This document shows positions 59,858 to 64,000 of a stretch of 64,000 bases of DNA, one piece after another; positions within the stretch are counted from its first letter, which is position 1; each line of letters begins with the position of its first letter. The stretch comes from a virus. Below the pieces are notes generated by a model. The model saw nothing but the letters and a program-made list of their open reading frames with translations. It had not been told where the DNA came from and made no database searches. The stretch is from the IMG/VR virus record IMGVR_UViG_3300031949_000005, positions 64,001 to 128,000 of that record, one strand, 5' to 3'. The translations under genes were made by a program, and so were the position numbers.

Positions 59858-60783
59858 TGAATACAACCATAAATTACGACGCCGGACAAAGAGTAAGTAT
59901 CTTCGGTAAATCGGATAGACATTTAAAATATTTATCAAATAAATTAAGAATAAAAATAGTTATCAATAAAAATCAAATTAATATACATGGAGAAAACGAG
60001 ACTACGGTAAAAAAAGCACATAATGTTATACAAGAATTAGTAAATATTTCTAAACAACAGAATATAACAAAATCTATAATAGATTCAATTCTTGATTCTA
60101 TTGAATTAAAAAAAATACCAAATTCATTAACAAATTTTAATGGCACCATAATACCTAAAACAGATGGTCAATCAGAATATATAAAAAATATATTAACCAA
60201 AGAATTGATATTCTGTGTAGGACCGGCAGGAACTGGAAAAACATATCTAGCAGTGGCGGCGGCTGTGTCCTTTATTAAAAATCATCAATTTGACAGAATA
60301 TTACTTGTTCGTCCTGCCATAGAAGCTGGTGAAAAACTTGGATATTTACCTGGTGATATTAATGAAAAATTAAATCCATATATGATACCATTTTTTGATG
60401 CACTTATGGATATGATGAGTCCAGATCTTTTGAATAAATTTATTAATAATAAAATAATAGAAATTGCACCAATAGGTTTTATGAGAGGTAGAACATTTAA
60501 TAATTGTATAGTAGTTATGGACGAGGCACAAAATTCGACAAAAGAACAAATGTTAATGTTTTTAACAAGAATGGGCCAAAACTGTAAAATGATAGTTACT
60601 GGAGATACTTCCCAGGTAGATATTGATGTTAAAAGACAATCGAGTGGTCTTATTGATGCTACTAAAAGGTTAGATAAAATAGACAAAATAGCTATCACTT
60701 ATTTAAAACAAGAAGATATTGTAAGAAATCAGCTTGTTGAAGCAATAATAACTGCATATCAAAATAATAATTTGGGTGTATAA
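59857..60783 (+). CDS. phoH: PhoH-family ATPase with KH-like N-terminus
   Basis: GPAGTGKTYLA, RPAIEAGEKLGYLPG, MRGRTF, DEAQN, GDTSQVD. Confidence 0.92.
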   Translation: MNTTINYDAGQRVSIFGKSDRHLKYLSNKLRIKIVINKNQINIHGENETTVKKAHNVIQELVNISKQQNITKSIIDSILDSIELKKIPNSLTNFNGTIIPKTDGQSEYIKNILTKELIFCVGPAGTGKTYLAVAAAVSFIKNHQFDRILLVRPAIEAGEKLGYLPGDINEKLNPYMIPFFDALMDMMSPDLLNKFINNKIIEIAPIGFMRGRTFNNCIVVMDEAQNSTKEQMLMFLTRMGQNCKMIVTGDTSQVDIDVKRQSSGLIDATKRLDKIDKIAITYLKQEDIVRNQLVEAIITAYQNNNLGV

Positions 60784-60825
60784 TTAAATAGGAAAATTTT
60801 AGGATTTTGGGCCAATTTATTTAAA

Positions 60826-63099
60826 TTGACCGAGGAACTAATGGACCATTTCGAATTAGAAAAATTGATTCATACTATATCTTGGGGTAAGATTTTTTTT
60901 ACATACCATGGGTCCGATAATAATTTAATTGATTTTATATTAGTGCCGCCTTCGTTAGAAAATCTTAATATGTCTAACAAGATTTATGAAGATTCTTTTA
61001 AGTATGCATTATCCATGGAATTATTAAAAGAAAATGAATTACTTGAAGAACATAAAAATATTGGTATATTATGGTCTGATAGAATAGAAGAAGAAATAGA
61101 GGGAATTAAGAATGATATACAAAAAATTAAAAGACAATTAATAAATTATTGTACCCAAAAAATTAAACTTGCAAGATTAAAACAATTGTTAAGAAATGCG
61201 GAAAAATCTCTTATAGAAAGAATTATAAAAAAACATGAAATTATAAAAAATAGCGCAGAATTTTATGCATTAACCAATAAACAAAGATATCTAATAGGTA
61301 GAATAACAAGAAATTCAAATTATGATTTATTTTGGAATAATCCAGAAGATTTCGATAAAGAAACGGATATTGGTCTTGTTAATAAATTAACTCTTAAGTT
61401 CTTCGATGAATCTATTATATCTAATGCTATTATAAGAAAAATAGCTAGATCTAATTTTTGGAGACAAATATGGTGTGCTTCTAAAATAACTGGGAATATC
61501 TTTGAAGGTTCTCCAGTTCTATGGACATTTAATCAAAGGGAATTAGTATACTGGTCATATATATATGATATGGTATTTGAAGCTTATGAGCGACCACCAT
61601 CATTTATTATCGAAGATGATGATTTAATGGATTCATGGTTTATGCAACAATCAGAGAAAGTAGAATCTAGAACATCTAAAGATATGATCAGTGGTAATAT
61701 AAAAGATTCCAAAAAGAGAGGTACTGATAAACAAGAATTATTTATAATGGCCGATAGGGAAGGTGCTAAAGACGTTTATGGATTAAATGATCCCCAAACA
61801 AGATTAAGAATTCAAAAGACACAAGAAATTACTAAAAAATTAGGCAAAGTAGAAGAACAAAATTTGCCTGATAGTAAGATACAAATAAGATCAAAAGCCA
61901 TGGAAATGCAAAGAGCACATATAAAAGGAAAAAAATCTCGTGGAAGATAAAGCTATAAAAAAAGAAAAAATTCAACAATCAATTAAAGATAGGTTTAAAA
62001 GAATTATTAACACTAAATTAGAAACATGTTTTATATTTGCTTTGTCGGAGATGGAAAGGATTTTTGGGAACAAGTTATGGGGGCATAATTTGTCAGAAGA
62101 TAAGCTAACAGACACACAAAAGGAAAATAGAGAAAAATGGAAAGAAATTAGACTCAATATATTGAATAATGGTAATCAACAACGTAGATCATTAATATCA
62201 GAACTTGATTTACATGATATGATTTTTATAGGATATAGAATTGAAACTAGGAGAAAAAAATGCAAAGAAACAGAGAATTAGTAAAAACTATTGATACCGA
62301 TGGAAAAGAATTGGAACTAATTGTTTTGTATCCAACACATAAGATAGCACAAGAGGCTAACTTACAATATAACTTAAAAGTATCTAATTTAATAAGAACT
62401 AGTGGTAAAACTGGAGAAAGATTGTTATTAAGATCAGAGATTAATACTTATTTGGTTACAACTGGTATATGGACAAAAGAAGATGCTATAGAAATGGAAA
62501 ATCTTGGTTTAAAAATTCGTGCTTGTGAATTTAAAGTAAAACAAGGTGGTATAAAAATAAGCGAGGCAAGAGAATTTGCTATAACCATGGGTGAATTCAG
62601 AAATAGAATGCTAGTTCTATATAATAAAAGACAACAATTAGATTCGGCTACGGTAGAATCTGTCGCAGAAAATCATAAATTTAATTTTTTGGTATCAAAA
62701 TGTTCTGTTCTTGCTAATTCTGAATTACCATATTTTATGGACCTGAATGATTATATGGAAAGATCTGATGAACAGGCTTCTATAGATTGTGCTAATACAA
62801 TGGCAAAAATTCTATATGGATTTGATAAAAATGTTTCCGCCAATTTATTCGAAGTCAAATGGTTGAAAGAAGCTGGTTTTGTCGATGAAAATGGTAGATA
62901 TATTAATCAGGAAAAGAAATTAGTTGATAGAAATAATAGACTAATTGATAAAGAAGGTAGATTTATAAACAATGATGGTGAATTTATAGATATTAATGGT
63001 GTCAAGGTTGATGGAAATGGTAATCTTGTTGTGACAGAAACTCGTCCATTTATTGATGATAATACTGGACAAGAAATATCTATATGTATTAAGGAATAG
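60826..63099 (+). CDS. three pre-tape-measure proteins (60826..61950, 61940..62281, 62260..63099), probable tail assembly chaperones
   Basis: Position directly before the tape measure; helical/charged composition. Confidence 0.45.
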
Positions 63100-63108
63100 T
63101 GGTATATA

Positions 63109-64000
63109 ATGGCTTCTCCTTTTGTACTTGATGTTAATTTAAGAATAAATGAGATTATTGGGCTTGAAAAAATCAAGCAACAACTTTCTCAATCTTTTGC
63201 TACTAATGTTGGTGCTACTGGCGGCGGTGCCGCAAAACCCAGTACAACTGCTTCAACATTATCTCAATTATCAACAGCGGGATTAGCACAGTCTACCGCT
63301 AATTTAAATAAATTTTCTCAAGCTGGGACCAATGCCGCTACTTCTGTAACAAAAGTATCAACAGCAGTCACACAAGGAGCAAAAGCCGCCACGACTTATG
63401 CCGATTCGGTATTCCTAGCTGGTAGAAGATATTCTGCATTCGTTCTTGCGACATCTGTACCATTTGCGGGTATTGCGGTTTTAAAATCTGCTACCGAATC
63501 TGTTATAGAATTCGATAGAGCTATTACTAAATTAGATCAGGTTTTACAACAACCAAGAGCAAATATAGAGGCATTGAGAAGTGATATTATAAAGCTTTCT
63601 ACAACAACAGGAACTTCTATAAAAGATCTTTCTGAAGCATCATTGACACTAGCCCAAGCAGGATTCTTTGAAAGTGGTCAAGATTTTGCCAAATTCCTTG
63701 AACCATTATCTAAAATACCATTACTACCAACTTTTAAAGATATTGATCAAGCCGTAGAAGGTGTTATTGCATCATTATCACAATTTAAGAACGAAGGTCT
63801 TGATACGGCAATCGTATTAGATAAATTAACTGCTGTGGCAGATAAATTTGCCGTAGAATCACAAGACTTAATTGATGTTGTACAACGTGCTGGTGGTACA
63901 TTTGCTCAGGTTGGTGGAAATTTTGATGAATTATTAGCGATATTTACTGCTATTAGAGCTACAACAAGAGAAAGTTCCGAAGCTGTTGCAACTGCTTTAA
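63109..64000 (+). CDS. tail tape measure protein, truncated by the window end
   Basis: Hand-translated MASPFVLDV...LAQAGF...DKLTAVADKFAVESQDL...RAGG...TTRES; open to the end of the window. Confidence 0.85.
   Translation, partial: MASPFVLDVNLRINEIIGLEKIKQQLSQSFATNVGATGGGAAKPSTTASTLSQLSTAGLAQSTANLNKFSQAGTNAATSVTKVSTAVTQGAKAATTYADSVFLAGRRYSAFVLATSVPFAGIAVLKSATESVIEFDRAITKLDQVLQQPRANIEALRSDIIKLSTTTGTSIKDLSEASLTLAQAGFFESGQDFAKFLEPLSKIPLLPTFKDIDQAVEGVIASLSQFKNEGLDTAIVLDKLTAVADKFAVESQDLIDVVQRAGGTFAQVGGNFDELLAIFTAIRATTRESSEAVATAL

Noticed and set aside
61900-62290. Programmed frameshift between tail chaperone genes at A-runs
   Set aside because: A-runs are ubiquitous in this AT-rich DNA and each ORF has its own plausible start
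32027-63176. Short minus-strand ORFs within the structural module
   Set aside because: Antisense to long plus-strand genes or the tmRNA; low-complexity I/L/S content; no RBS

Overview
A 64-kb segment of a large, AT-rich tailed dsDNA phage genome. A tape measure and tail tube are present and no sheath gene is recognisable, so a non-contractile tail is likely. The host is unknown; weak hints point to a GC-richer host such as Planctomycetota. 1-14.4 kb is a minus-strand early/accessory arm whose GC content rises towards 14.4 kb. It carries five tRNAs (Leu-TAA, Arg-TCT, Lys-TTT, Glu-TTC, Ile-TAT), a 33-nt Ala minihelix, a tRNA-like gene with an aberrant anticodon arm, a ~900-nt ORF-free and heavily base-paired candidate giant ncRNA, and a dense cluster of the octamer TCCGATAA (25 exact copies by hand count in ~3.15 kb). 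At ~14.7 kb the strand and composition switch abruptly, probably at or near a physical genome end. 14.9-28 kb holds accessory genes: vWA, macrodomain, SMC-like ATPase, ClpP, a CYTH-kinase fusion and a DNA methyltransferase. 28-64 kb is the morphogenesis module: sigma-like factor, intein-containing terminase, portal, protease/scaffold, capsid, YWTD and repeat/fibre paralogues, tail tube and a truncated tape measure. It is interrupted by homing endonucleases, a tmRNA, hpt and phoH. The best candidates for an undescribed system are the promoter-small protein-giant RNA-odd tRNA-NTase-minihelix unit (9.2-12.3 kb) and the overlapping TCCGATAA-marked leading region. All calls were made by eye; no searches or folding programs were run.
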